Assembly: GCA_963727445.1 (NCBI GenBank)
Contig: CAVSGI010000009.1
Span: 384,001 to 448,000 of the forward strand
Origin: an uncultured delta proteobacterium
Lineage (GTDB): Bacteria > Myxococcota_A > Polyangia > Polyangiales > B10-G4
Direction: 5' to 3'
Length of the DNA: 64,000 bases
This document shows, one piece after another, positions 27,705 through 37,463 of this stretch. Numbering within the stretch: the stretch's first letter is position 1; the number at the start of each line of letters is the position of its first letter. The notes beneath the pieces were generated by a model that was not told the DNA's origin, searched no databases, and worked only from the letters and a program-made list of their open reading frames with translations. The position numbers and the translations under genes were made by a program.

Positions 27705-29672
27705 TCAGGGGCAGGAGGGACACACCAGCTGTAGGCCGGGGATGCTGTCGAAGCTCGGCGGTGGCGTGCAGCCGTCCGTACAGCTGGGTCGCATGGATGC
27801 GTCGACGATCGTCCCCAGGGACGCCGGGCAGGGCTCGGGTGCCACACCGTTGATGAAGCACGCGCGCACGGGTGGCGAGACGCCCACGTTGCCGAGGTTG
27901 TCCTCGGCCCGAGCCGCGACGCAGGCCCAGCCTTCGCTGATGTTCGTCTGGAAATCCCATGCGTCGCCCACGCAGGTCATCGCGGCGATTGGAGGCTTGC
28001 CGAAGATCGTTCGGTCGGTGGGGTGGACGACGGCCGGGATGATGCGTGTGACCGGCGAAGTAGCGACGCAGAGAGGAGAGGGCACCGCGGAGGAGCCCGC
28101 GACGCAGCTGTCGAAGGGCGCGGGCGCTCCCGTGAAGTCGAGGGACGGATCGAAGTAGGCAGCGCCACGAGCCCCGACGCCTTCGAGCTCCAGGACGACG
28201 GCCGTGTCCGTTCCGCCAGCGCCCGGCAACACGGCAGGATTGATGTCGTCACAGATGCCGTCGCTGTCGAGGTCCACCAGGAGCGGTACGCTCGTGTTGT
28301 CGAGGATGTAGACATCCACCGTCGTGGCGTCGAGGCCCGCCAGGAAGGCGGCGGTGCCCGTGCCACCGAAGCTGCTGTTCGGCAGGTCCTCCGTCCGCAC
28401 GCGGAACTCGGCTGCCGTCCCGACGACCTCTCCGTCGTCGACGGAATCGTCGCCCACGGGATCGAAGAGCGCAGAGCACTGCATCACCCCACTGGAGATT
28501 CGCGCCTCGCGGATCAGCGGAGGATCGAGGGAGATGTAGGGTGGCGTGCTGTCCAGCTTCGCGTTCAGTGACGCGACGCTCATGTTGCCGGCGACGTCCG
28601 ACGCCGAGACGTTGATGGTGAGCTCCGCGATGGTGCGCGCGAATCCGCTGGCGTCGAAGGTTCGAGAATAGGTGTCTCCGCTCGCCGTCATGGGGAACAT
28701 CATGCCCCCCACACGCAACATCACGGTGGCGGGATCCACGCCTCCAGCGTCGGTGATCTGCGCTTCCACCAAGGTGAGCCCTCCGACGAGCCCCGCCTCC
28801 ATCGGGTTGGTGATCATGATCGTCGGGCCGACCGCGTCCACCGTGAACGCCTGAGTCACCAGACGTTCTCCTGCCTCCGGCGTCCGGTCGTTCCAAGCGC
28901 GAATGCTGAAGCTGCGCGGCCCATCGAGTGGATCGGGGAAGATCGTGCGATCCTCGAGATCGAGGTCGGCCAGGTACTCGCCGGGTGACTCCTCGGTCAT
29001 GGTCGTGATGGTGCGGCCAGCGACGACCAGCTCGTGGCCCGCGATGTCCGCCTCGGTATCCGTGGCGTCGAGGGGCGCGGCGCTCAGCTGGTAGCGGATC
29101 TGGAGGCGTGAAGCGACGACTACGTCCTCGGGTGGCGACACGACGGTGATCGTCGGACCATGGTCGACGAAGGTGGAGACCTCGGCGCTCTTGCAGCGCG
29201 CGGCGGCGCCGTTGTCCCGGGCGGTGCACCGAATGGTGACGGGTCCGTTTTCGACGTCGGTCAGGTCCACCATCGCCTCGTAGCTGTCCGTCGCTCCGAG
29301 CTCGACCATGGGGGTGGCGACGACCGCGCCGTCGGACCCCAGCACCTCGATCGCGACGGATGTGGAGTCCACCGGCAGCGAACCGCGCATCGTGGACTGG
29401 GTCGCCGTGCAGACGACCATCACCGTCGAGGCGGTCAGGACCTCGTCGGTGTTGGGATCGGTTGCGGGCGCGGGTGCGGTGATCTCCACGGTCGGGCCGA
29501 GCGGATCCTCGTTGCAGGCCATGGCCATGGCGTCCCCGAGGGAGGAGTCCATCGCGCCGTCGGCGCCCCCGTCGGAGTGCGGCGGAGGCGGGGCTGGAGG
29601 CGGCATATCATCGCCACATGCCGTGCCGAGCACCATCGTGGCGATGAGCGCGTGACTGAGCAGTCTTCCCAT
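27705..29672 (-). CDS. Cys-rich lipoprotein with Ig-like domains
   Basis: Lipobox GTAC; repeated DxxGPTI/VxITxP Ig-like boundaries; ASDVAGN and AEDNLGN motifs. Confidence 0.78.
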   Translation of the reverse strand: MGRLLSHALIATMVLGTACGDDMPPPAPPPPHSDGGADGAMDSSLGDAMAMACNEDPLGPTVEITAPAPATDPNTDEVLTASTVMVVCTATQSTMRGSLPVDSTSVAIEVLGSDGAVVATPMVELGATDSYEAMVDLTDVENGPVTIRCTARDNGAAARCKSAEVSTFVDHGPTITVVSPPEDVVVASRLQIRYQLSAAPLDATDTEADIAGHELVVAGRTITTMTEESPGEYLADLDLEDRTIFPDPLDGPRSFSIRAWNDRTPEAGERLVTQAFTVDAVGPTIMITNPMEAGLVGGLTLVEAQITDAGGVDPATVMLRVGGMMFPMTASGDTYSRTFDASGFARTIAELTINVSASDVAGNMSVASLNAKLDSTPPYISLDPPLIREARISSGVMQCSALFDPVGDDSVDDGEVVGTAAEFRVRTEDLPNSSFGGTGTAAFLAGLDATTVDVYILDNTSVPLLVDLDSDGICDDINPAVLPGAGGTDTAVVLELEGVGARGAAYFDPSLDFTGAPAPFDSCVAGSSAVPSPLCVATSPVTRIIPAVVHPTDRTIFGKPPIAAMTCVGDAWDFQTNISEGWACVAARAEDNLGNVGVSPPVRACFINGVAPEPCPASLGTIVDASMRPSCTDGCTPPPSFDSIPGLQLVCPSCP

Positions 29673-29791
29673 GTCCCCCTCGCTGGCCTAACCCAACGAA
29701 AAGAGTATCGAAGCGTCGCTCGATAGCAAGCGCTTGGCCGCTCACTCGCCGGGCCGCGTGCGGGCTTGTCACCCCGCCGGGGTGGTCGCCC

Positions 29792-30601
29792 TCACACGTC
29801 GGGGAGCACTTCGCGGGTGGCGCGCTTGGTGCCGCTTCGCACGACCGAAGGCGCGAGACCTCGCATCGCGACGGCGACTTCGAGCTTCTTCGGAACGATG
29901 ATGCGGTCCTTGCCCTTTTGAAGCGCCTTGATGGTCGCGGTGACGACCTCGTTCGCTTCGATCATCATCTTGCGTCCAGCGGCCGGCATGCGCGCGAGCT
30001 CGTCCGCCGGGACGAAGGGTGTGTTCACCGCGCCGGGGCAGACGGTCAGGACGTGGACGCCGCGCGGCTCGAGCTCGATGGAGATGGACTCCGCGAGCCC
30101 GACCATGCCGAACTTGCTGGCGGCGTAGACCGCTTCGCCGGGCACCGGGACCAGGCCGGCCACCGACGCCATGAAGACGAGCCAGCCGCGGCCGCGCTCG
30201 ACCATCGCGCGGGCGAGCGGCTGCGCGCAATAGAGCGCGCCGAGGAGGTTCACCTCGAGGAGCTTCTGCGCGTGGTCGAGCTCGTGTTCGATCAGCGTCT
30301 TGTGGGCGCCGATGCCCGCGTTGATGACGCCGATGTCCACGCCGCCGAGGAGGCGCTCCGCCTCGGTGATCGCGGCCACCGCGCTCTCCCGGTCGCTCAC
30401 GTCCGCCGGGATGGCGTGCGCTTCACCGCCCGCGTCGGAGATCTCCGAGGCGAGCGCCGCGAGCTCTTCGGCGCGCCGCGCCACGAGAGCGACCCGCGCG
30501 CCGCGCCGCGCCGCCTCGAGCGCGAAGGCCCGCCCGATGCCGGACGAAGCCCCGGTGATCAGAACGGCCTTCCCCTGAAACGAGTCGAGGCGTGCTCCCA
30601 T
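29792..30601 (-). CDS. Classical SDR oxidoreductase
   Basis: ITGASSGIG, NAG, MAS, YAASK, CPGAVNT. Confidence 0.92.
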   Translation of the reverse strand: MGARLDSFQGKAVLITGASSGIGRAFALEAARRGARVALVARRAEELAALASEISDAGGEAHAIPADVSDRESAVAAITEAERLLGGVDIGVINAGIGAHKTLIEHELDHAQKLLEVNLLGALYCAQPLARAMVERGRGWLVFMASVAGLVPVPGEAVYAASKFGMVGLAESISIELEPRGVHVLTVCPGAVNTPFVPADELARMPAAGRKMMIEANEVVTATIKALQKGKDRIIVPKKLEVAVAMRGLAPSVVRSGTKRATREVLPDV

Positions 30602-30635
30602 GAGGCGCGGAGGCTAGCAGCGACGAGGCGCTTCG

Positions 30636-31499
30636 TCATTCGCCTGGGCGAAGCGCGTCCCCGAGGAAGCCTTGGACCTCGGCCCACGCCGCGGCGGCGT
30701 TGTCGTGGTCGTAGCGCGCGCCCGAAGGGTTGGCGAAGGCGTGGTCCGCGTCGTAGCGGAGGATGCGGTGCTCGACGCCGGCGGCGGTCAACGCCTCGTC
30801 GAAGCCATCGACCTGTGCGGGAGGGATCGCTCGATCGCGATTGGCGAAGATCCCCAGCAGCGGGGCGTGGATCGACGCCAGCACCTCGGGGTCGGTGACG
30901 ACGTGTCCGTAGTACATCACCACCGCCGCGATCCCAGGAACGTGGATGGCCGTTTGAAGCGCCCATCCGCCCCCGAAGCACCAGCCCATCACCCCGATCC
31001 GCTCGCGATCGACGCGGGGATCTTCGGCGAGGAAGTGGTGGGCGTTTTCGAGGATCGCGAGCGACGCGAGCTCGTCCACGCCGCGCATGAGGGCCATCGC
31101 TCGCTCCGGCTCGGTCGCCACCTCGCCGCCATAGAGATCGACCGCGAGGGCGACGTACCCGAGCTTTGCGAGGCGATCGGCCCAATGCTCGATGTGCGCG
31201 TTCAGCCCCCACCACTCGTGGATGACGATCACCGCCGGGTGCGGCCCCTCACCCTCCGGCAGGCTCAGATAGGCCCGCGACCCGGAGAGATCGATCTCTT
31301 CTCCGAGCAGTGGAGGAGCCTCTGCGTCGGTGTGCGTGTGAAGCGCCGCGAACTCGTCTTCCGCGAGCCACCCCCAGACGCGAGGCTGGTCATCCGGCGC
31401 ATCTGCGTTCGAGTCGCCGCCGACCGGCGTGGGTGTCGCCCCGCCACAGCCGAGGGCGAGGACGACGGCGAGGACGGGGAGGAGGATGCGGGCGTGCAT
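30636..31499 (-). CDS. Dienelactone hydrolase family lipoprotein
   Basis: Lipobox ALGC; IHEWWGLN, GWCFGG, HAFANP; ATG 31499. Confidence 0.9.
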   Translation of the reverse strand: MHARILLPVLAVVLALGCGGATPTPVGGDSNADAPDDQPRVWGWLAEDEFAALHTHTDAEAPPLLGEEIDLSGSRAYLSLPEGEGPHPAVIVIHEWWGLNAHIEHWADRLAKLGYVALAVDLYGGEVATEPERAMALMRGVDELASLAILENAHHFLAEDPRVDRERIGVMGWCFGGGWALQTAIHVPGIAAVVMYYGHVVTDPEVLASIHAPLLGIFANRDRAIPPAQVDGFDEALTAAGVEHRILRYDADHAFANPSGARYDHDNAAAAWAEVQGFLGDALRPGE

Positions 31500-31522
31500 G
31501 GCGCGGGAGGATAGCGAACCCC

Positions 31523-31850
31523 GTGAACTGGCAGTTGGGCTTGGTTGATGTGGATGTTCGGATTGGTCTTGGTGCCGCTGGCGCGGCGGAGGCCCACTTC
31601 CCTCGTGGGCGACTTCAAGGACGAGCTGGCGAAGCTGAGCGGGACGACGAAGGAAGAGCAGGAAGCGCGCGCGAAGAGCGAGCAGGAGAAGGAGCGCGCT
31701 GCGGCTGCGGAGGAGCGCGCGCACGAGCACCTGGCGCGGGCGCCGCGCTATGCGGGGGCGGAGCCGATGACGCTCGTCGAGGACGTGGACCCCTACGACG
31801 AGGGCGGGGTCGCCGAGATCGTCGAAGCGCGTGGGACGCTGCTCGGCTGA
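31523..31850 (+). CDS. Small hypothetical membrane-anchored protein (start uncertain; possible +1 error in GGG at ~31537)
   Basis: Hydrophobic N-terminus followed by a charged coiled coil; good GC3 bias from 31545. Confidence 0.5.
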
Positions 31851-32038
31851 TGACACCGTCGCCCAATCGCTCATCACGTTCCGTAGATCGCTGACAGGCC
31901 GCGTCGAGCAATGGGTGGTCTTGCGTCGCCTCGCAGCGAGCGGAGGGCGAAGCGGCGAGCGCCGGTAGGGGGCGCGTGCTAGCCTCGGTGGTGCTCGCCA
32001 TACCAAAGCGTCCGAACGACCTGGACCATGGCCACGTC

Positions 32039-32842
32039 ATGACGCGGTCGTTCTTCGCCATCTCCTCCGAGCGGCCGGCGCACACGCGAGGCAAGTGCGA
32101 CTGCTGCCATCCCGAGGTGGAGGTAGCCTTCCTTCACGCGGGGGCGACCCATGCGACGATCGGTGGCCGAAGCACGGTGCTCCGGGCCGGCCAGTACTGG
32201 ATCATCTCCGGCGATGTCGAGCACACGACCCACACCGCCGAAGACGGTTCGCGTGGGACGTACCTGCAGCTCCTGCCTTCGTTCCTGGACCGCGTCGCCG
32301 ACGACCTCGGCGTCGCGCGCCGAAGGCGCCGCCACACCGCGCCGGGGCCGATCACTCCCGCCCTCAGAGGCGCGCTGGTCGCACTCGACTCGGAGCTCAC
32401 CTCCGAGCGACCGGCGCCGCTCCTCGTCGAAAGCATCGGCCAGTACATCGCCGGCGTGCTCACGCGCGCTGGTGCGGAAGACGCCCGAGCCTCCGCGCTC
32501 CGGCTCGATCGCCGCGACAGACGCCTCGAGCGAGCGGTGGAGCTGATGCACTCGGCGCCCGCGCAACCACATTCGTTGGAGGTCCTGGCGGGCGTGGCCG
32601 GTCTCAGCAAGTTCCGCTTCGCCCACCTGTTCAAGTCGCGATACGGCGTCTCGCCGCATCGCTACCTCGTCCGCATGCGCACTCGCCTCGCGGCCGAGCG
32701 ACTCCTTCAGAGCCAGCAGTCCGTGACCGCAATCGCGCTCGAGTTCGGCTTCTCTTCCGGGAGCCGATTCGCGCACGAGCTCCGGCGGGAGCATGGCCTC
32801 AGCCCCTCCGAGTATCGGGAGCTCGGGGGCAGCAAGAACTGA
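32039..32842 (+). CDS. AraC family transcriptional regulator
   Basis: Cupin HPEVE, LAGVAGLSKFRFAHLFK, VTAIALEFGFSS..F.......GLSPSEYR. Confidence 0.9.
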   Translation: MTRSFFAISSERPAHTRGKCDCCHPEVEVAFLHAGATHATIGGRSTVLRAGQYWIISGDVEHTTHTAEDGSRGTYLQLLPSFLDRVADDLGVARRRRRHTAPGPITPALRGALVALDSELTSERPAPLLVESIGQYIAGVLTRAGAEDARASALRLDRRDRRLERAVELMHSAPAQPHSLEVLAGVAGLSKFRFAHLFKSRYGVSPHRYLVRMRTRLAAERLLQSQQSVTAIALEFGFSSGSRFAHELRREHGLSPSEYRELGGSKN

Positions 32843-32935
32843 GCGGGCGGTGTCGACAAGAACTGTGTCGCGAAGGCCTCGAGTATCGGACACATGAGCG
32901 TTTCAACGGTTCCACATCCTCGGAAGGTCCCGCCG

Positions 32936-34238
32936 ATGAAACAACTACTCGCCCTGCCTGCGCTCGTCCTCGCCGCCTCCACCTTCGCCGCCGGGTGCGA
33001 CAGCGGTCCTGAACGGCCTCTCGATCCGGATACGGGGCCGGGGCCAGATGCGTCCCCCGTGCACGACGCAGCTCCGGACGCTGTCGACGGAGGCGCGCCC
33101 GACACGGGGACCGGGGTCCCCTCCGACCCGGTCGCCTTCACCGAAGTCGGTCTCCTCTCGACGGGACGCAACGCGCACACAGCGACGCGCCTCAACGACG
33201 GGCGGGTCCTTCTGGTCGGTGGCGAGAACGTCATCGATTCGGACGCCTGTGGACGCGGTAGACCTCTTCGACCCGGCGACCGACTCGCTCCGCGAGGGTG
33301 CTTCGCTGCCCTCGCCACGATCGAATCACGCGGCTGTCCTCCTGGAGGATGGACGGGTTCTCGTCATCGGCGGCGGGCGGAGTGCACCGGTCGGCGCGGG
33401 CGCGGGGCTGGACGTTCTCTCGAGCGCGCTCATCTACGACCCCGCGCTCGATGCCTGGGAGGAGACCGGCTCGCTGCTCGAAGGCCGCAGCCATTTTGCA
33501 GCGGTGCGCCTCGTCGACGGCCGAGTGCTGGTCGCTGGCGGCACGGCGGGCACTCACGAGCACGGTAGCACCTGCACCGGCGCGCCGGATTGCGGTCCGC
33601 TCGGCGATACGCTCGCGTCGACGGAGATCTACGATCCCGCGACAGGCACCTTCACCGGCGCCGGTCCTCTCGCGGAGGCGCGAGCGCTGTTCACCATGGA
33701 GCGGCTCGGTGATGGAAGAGTGCTCGCCATCGCAGGGATGAACGATTACCGCGACGGTTTCGCGTCGACCGAAGTCTTCGATCCCACCACCGGCGAATGG
33801 AGTCCAGGGCCCGACCTCGTCTCCGAGCAGCGCTTCTTTCACGCGAGCGCGCCGCTCCCCTCGGGTCGCGTGCTCGTGGGTGGCGGCAAGCTTCCCGACG
33901 TTCGCTTCCTCACCACCGTCGACGTGGTCGACGTGTCTGCCGGCGAGTCCACCAGCGCCGCCGAGCTCTCGGTGCCGCAGACCCTGCCCCGCTTCGTTCC
34001 GCTCGCCTCCGGACGCGTCCTGACGGTCGGCGGATTCCGCTGTCCGAGTCCCTGCGCGCCCATCGCGGACGCCGCGATCTACGACGAGTCGACGAACGAG
34101 TGGTCTGCCATCGGGAGCCTCGAGACGGCACGCGCTGGTCACTCGGCCACGCGCCTGGCCGACGGTCGCGTGCTGGTCTGCGGTGGTTTCACCTCCCTCG
34201 CCAACACCGCCTCGTGCGAGCTCTCCGCGTCCGAGTGA
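32936..34238 (+). CDS. Kelch-repeat lipoprotein (+1 frameshift at ~33238)
   Basis: Lipobox AAGC; repeated RxxHxAxxLxDGRVLVxGG...EIYDP; removing one T restores 433 aa. Confidence 0.85.
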
Positions 34239-34307
34239 CGGCGGACACCCGCGGTCTGGGTGTGCTTCACGAGAGGGCCGCCGTGACCCCGATCGAGTAG
34301 TGCTAGA

Positions 34308-35951
34308 CTAGGGCACGCCGCGCAATCGGAACGCATCGGTCGTGGTGATGGCGATGATGAGCTCGCGAAGGTCGTCGCCCGAGTCGCGGTAGCGCTGGTA
34401 AGCGGCCTCGAGCGATGGCTCGTCCTGTTCCGCGTCGGAGCGGCCGAGGGCGAAGCGGAACCACTGTCGAGCGACGCAGCGGTGGACGTCTTCGCTCTGT
34501 GCGAGGCGCCCTGCCAGGTCGATCGCCCCATCCACGTCGCCGTCCACGTCCGTCCCCACCACCGTTCCGGATGCGTCGATGGGGTGTGGTCCGTCGAGCT
34601 CGCGAAAAGCGCCCACCACGTCGTAGTGCTCGAAGGGAAAACCGAGGGGATTCATCAGCTGATGGCAGGTCGCGCACGCGGTCGGCGAGGTCTTCTGCTC
34701 GAGCTGTTGCCGCGAGGAAAGCGTCGGGTCCGGCGCGATGATCGTGTTGACGGCCGGGGGCGGCGGCAGCGACAGGCAGAGCAGGCGCTCGCGAATCGCC
34801 TTGCCCCGATGAACGGCCGCCGAGGCGGGATCGTTGCCGTGGGAGGTGATGAAGCTCGCGTGGGTGAGGATTCCGGCGCGCTCGCTCGGATCGAGCATCA
34901 CCTGGCTCATCGTCCCGGGCTCGAGCGCTTCGTCGATCCCGTAGTGCTGGGCGAGCTCCGGCGTCATGAAGGAGTAGGGTGCGGTCAGCAGGGTTTCGAG
35001 GCGCGCGTCGCCGGTACGAAAGACGTGGAGCGCGAAGGTCTCCGTCTCGAGGAGCATGTCGTCCTTGACGTCCTCGAAGGTCGGATAGCGCGTGTCGTCC
35101 ACCCGATGGTTCATCAGGTCGTCGACGCCCAACCATTCGGTGTGGAAGCGGGCGATGGTGAGGTCGGCGCGTGGATCCGAAAGGAGGCGACGCGCCTCGC
35201 TCTCGACGCCCTGTGGGGTGTCGAGGAGGCCGGCCTCGGCCGCGTCGAGCAGGGCCTGATCCGGCCCGGACTTCCACAGGAAGAAGGAGAGCCGCGTCGC
35301 GAGCTCGTACCCCGTGAGCTCACGGACGCCGTCACGCCTGCTCGGCACGCCGACCTCGATCCGGTAAAGGAAGCTCGGCGCCTGCAAGAACGCGGTGATG
35401 ACGAGACGCACCCCGTCGGCGTAGGTGCCTGCCGATGCGGCCTGTTCGAAGAGCGCGCGATACGCGGTGAGCTCCGCGCCGTCGAGGGGCCTTCGATAGA
35501 AGGACGTCCCGAGTCGGGTGAGGAAGAGGTCCACGCAATCGGGGGCCGCACCGTCGCACCCGAGGAGGTCGTCGGCGTGGATCATCACGATCTCGCCGAC
35601 GCTCTCGGCGACCGCACGATACGCCTCGACCCCGTCATCGTTCACGTCGAAGAACGCGTTGCTGGCGAAGGGCCCGGCGGTGCCGTCGGAGGGCAGGTGA
35701 TCGAGGCGCAGCTCGTCGACGATGGCGTCCCCGAGCACCGTACGCAGCGTGCGCTCGTACTCGAGGCGCGTGAGCCGAAGGGTCGGGCTGTCACCGACGC
35801 AGAGCTCGCACGCTTCCTCCGGGGCGTCGCCACCCTCGGGATCGGACACGCCGGGATCCGAGATGAAGCCATTGCAGCCGGCGACGAGGATCGCCGCCGC
35901 CCCGGCCAGGAGCCAGGACGCAGCCGTCACCCTTTGGGCCCCGTCGCTCAA
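34308..35951 (-). CDS. DUF1592/DUF1588-family lipoprotein
   Basis: LRLTRLEYERT, FYRRPL, LQAPSFLYR, ELATRLSFFLW, RAGILTHASF, CATCH, NPLGFPFEHYD. Confidence 0.88.
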   Translation of the reverse strand: MSDGAQRVTAASWLLAGAAAILVAGCNGFISDPGVSDPEGGDAPEEACELCVGDSPTLRLTRLEYERTLRTVLGDAIVDELRLDHLPSDGTAGPFASNAFFDVNDDGVEAYRAVAESVGEIVMIHADDLLGCDGAAPDCVDLFLTRLGTSFYRRPLDGAELTAYRALFEQAASAGTYADGVRLVITAFLQAPSFLYRIEVGVPSRRDGVRELTGYELATRLSFFLWKSGPDQALLDAAEAGLLDTPQGVESEARRLLSDPRADLTIARFHTEWLGVDDLMNHRVDDTRYPTFEDVKDDMLLETETFALHVFRTGDARLETLLTAPYSFMTPELAQHYGIDEALEPGTMSQVMLDPSERAGILTHASFITSHGNDPASAAVHRGKAIRERLLCLSLPPPPAVNTIIAPDPTLSSRQQLEQKTSPTACATCHQLMNPLGFPFEHYDVVGAFRELDGPHPIDASGTVVGTDVDGDVDGAIDLAGRLAQSEDVHRCVARQWFRFALGRSDAEQDEPSLEAAYQRYRDSGDDLRELIIAITTTDAFRLRGVP

Positions 35952-37360
35952 TAGAGCTCCCCCAGCGGCCCGCCCGCGATGCTCGGGTCGCCGACGACGT
36001 TCACGTCCTCGAGCCCCATGGACTGGCAGAGCGAGACGAGGACCTGGTTCATGGGACGGCCCCCGTGCTCGCCGTTGTAGTCCTCGAAGGGGTTCCAGTC
36101 GCCGAACTTCAGGTACCGCCCGGTGCGGAAGGCGCCGTACTCGCTGCCCTGGACCATCACCAGCGGGATGTTGCGGTTCGAGTGCGTACCGCCCTCGCTC
36201 ATCTCCGCGCTCCAAACGACAAGGGTGTTGTCCAGGACGTCGGGCAGCATGTTCTCGAGGAGGTGGTGGACGATCTTCTCGGCGCGCCAACGGGTGAGGT
36301 TCGCCATGTCCTCGCGCGCGGCGATGCGATCGGCGTCGGTCACCACTTCGTCGCCGACCACCTCGTAGCTCATCTGGTGCGCGCGTGCGTGGAAGGACCC
36401 GAAGTCCCGATAACCCTCGGCTTCGAGGAAGTTGCCCGTGCCCTCCGAGTGTGGCCACTGGAAGCACGCGACGCGGGTGAGGTCGCAGGCGAGCGCATGA
36501 GCCATGAGCTGAAACTGGAGCTCGGTGATCTCCGGATGGTTCGAGAAGCTGCGCATCTCGGATTCGCTGAAATCCCGCGGCCGCTCTGGAACCACGCACA
36601 TGGGCGCGAGATCGGCGAGTCGCTCTTCGAGCGAGCGAAAGCCGTGCAGATGTGCGTCCATGCGATCCCGATCGGCCTCGGGGAGCTCTGCCCGCACCCG
36701 GCCCAGCTCGCCGGTCACGAGGTCGAGAACGCTGCGCCGCTCGGCCCGCAGGCGGGCGACCTGAGCCCCGTCACCCGTGATGCCGTCGAAGAGCCGGTCG
36801 AACGCGCGGTCCGGGTAGAGCTCGGGCTCGATCGGTTGGTCCGGACCGCGATGATAGGCGATGCCGTTGGGACCCTGGTTGCCGCCGCTCAGGCTCGCCG
36901 GCCACGTTCCCCAGTAGAACGCATCGAAGCGCGTCTCGCCGCCGACGCGCGCGGCGATCGCCCGATCGATCGACGCGGCCTGGGGCCAGCCCACGCCCTC
37001 GTCCCGCACGGTGCCCTCCGGGATCGGCACGCCGGTCCACAGCGTCGACATGCCGAAGTGACCGCCCGCGACTCCGAGGTACGCGGCCTCGTTGTCGACG
37101 CCGTCGAGCACCAGAAGCCGATCGCGAAACGCCTCGAAGGGGTCGAGGACCGAGCCGAGGGCGAAGTCCGTCTCACCTCCGGTGGGGCGCCACCGCGTCA
37201 TGTCGGTGCCCTGGCCGTTGGTGATGAAGACGATCCGCTTGGGGCCGGTCGCGGCTTCGGCCAGCGGGCGGGGCAGCAGCGAGGCCACCGCCGCGGCCGC
37301 ACCCGAGACCCCTGCCGCCCGGAGGAACGCACGCCGTGACCACCTCGTCTTCCGATGCAT
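35948..37360 (-). CDS. DUF1552-family Tat-exported protein
   Basis: SRRAFL Tat motif, PKRIVFI, SIDRAIA, RRSVLD, ALACDLTRV, LDNTLVVW. Confidence 0.88.
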   Translation of the reverse strand: MHRKTRWSRRAFLRAAGVSGAAAAVASLLPRPLAEAATGPKRIVFITNGQGTDMTRWRPTGGETDFALGSVLDPFEAFRDRLLVLDGVDNEAAYLGVAGGHFGMSTLWTGVPIPEGTVRDEGVGWPQAASIDRAIAARVGGETRFDAFYWGTWPASLSGGNQGPNGIAYHRGPDQPIEPELYPDRAFDRLFDGITGDGAQVARLRAERRSVLDLVTGELGRVRAELPEADRDRMDAHLHGFRSLEERLADLAPMCVVPERPRDFSESEMRSFSNHPEITELQFQLMAHALACDLTRVACFQWPHSEGTGNFLEAEGYRDFGSFHARAHQMSYEVVGDEVVTDADRIAAREDMANLTRWRAEKIVHHLLENMLPDVLDNTLVVWSAEMSEGGTHSNRNIPLVMVQGSEYGAFRTGRYLKFGDWNPFEDYNGEHGGRPMNQVLVSLCQSMGLEDVNVVGDPSIAGGPLGELY

Positions 37361-37463
37361 CTGGATTCAAGCTACGGCATCCAGAGCCCTGTGGCCTGCA
37401 CCTTCCCCTTAGTGGTGCTTACGGCGAAGAGTCTCGTGAATACGGGCGGTTAGCCATGGCCAC

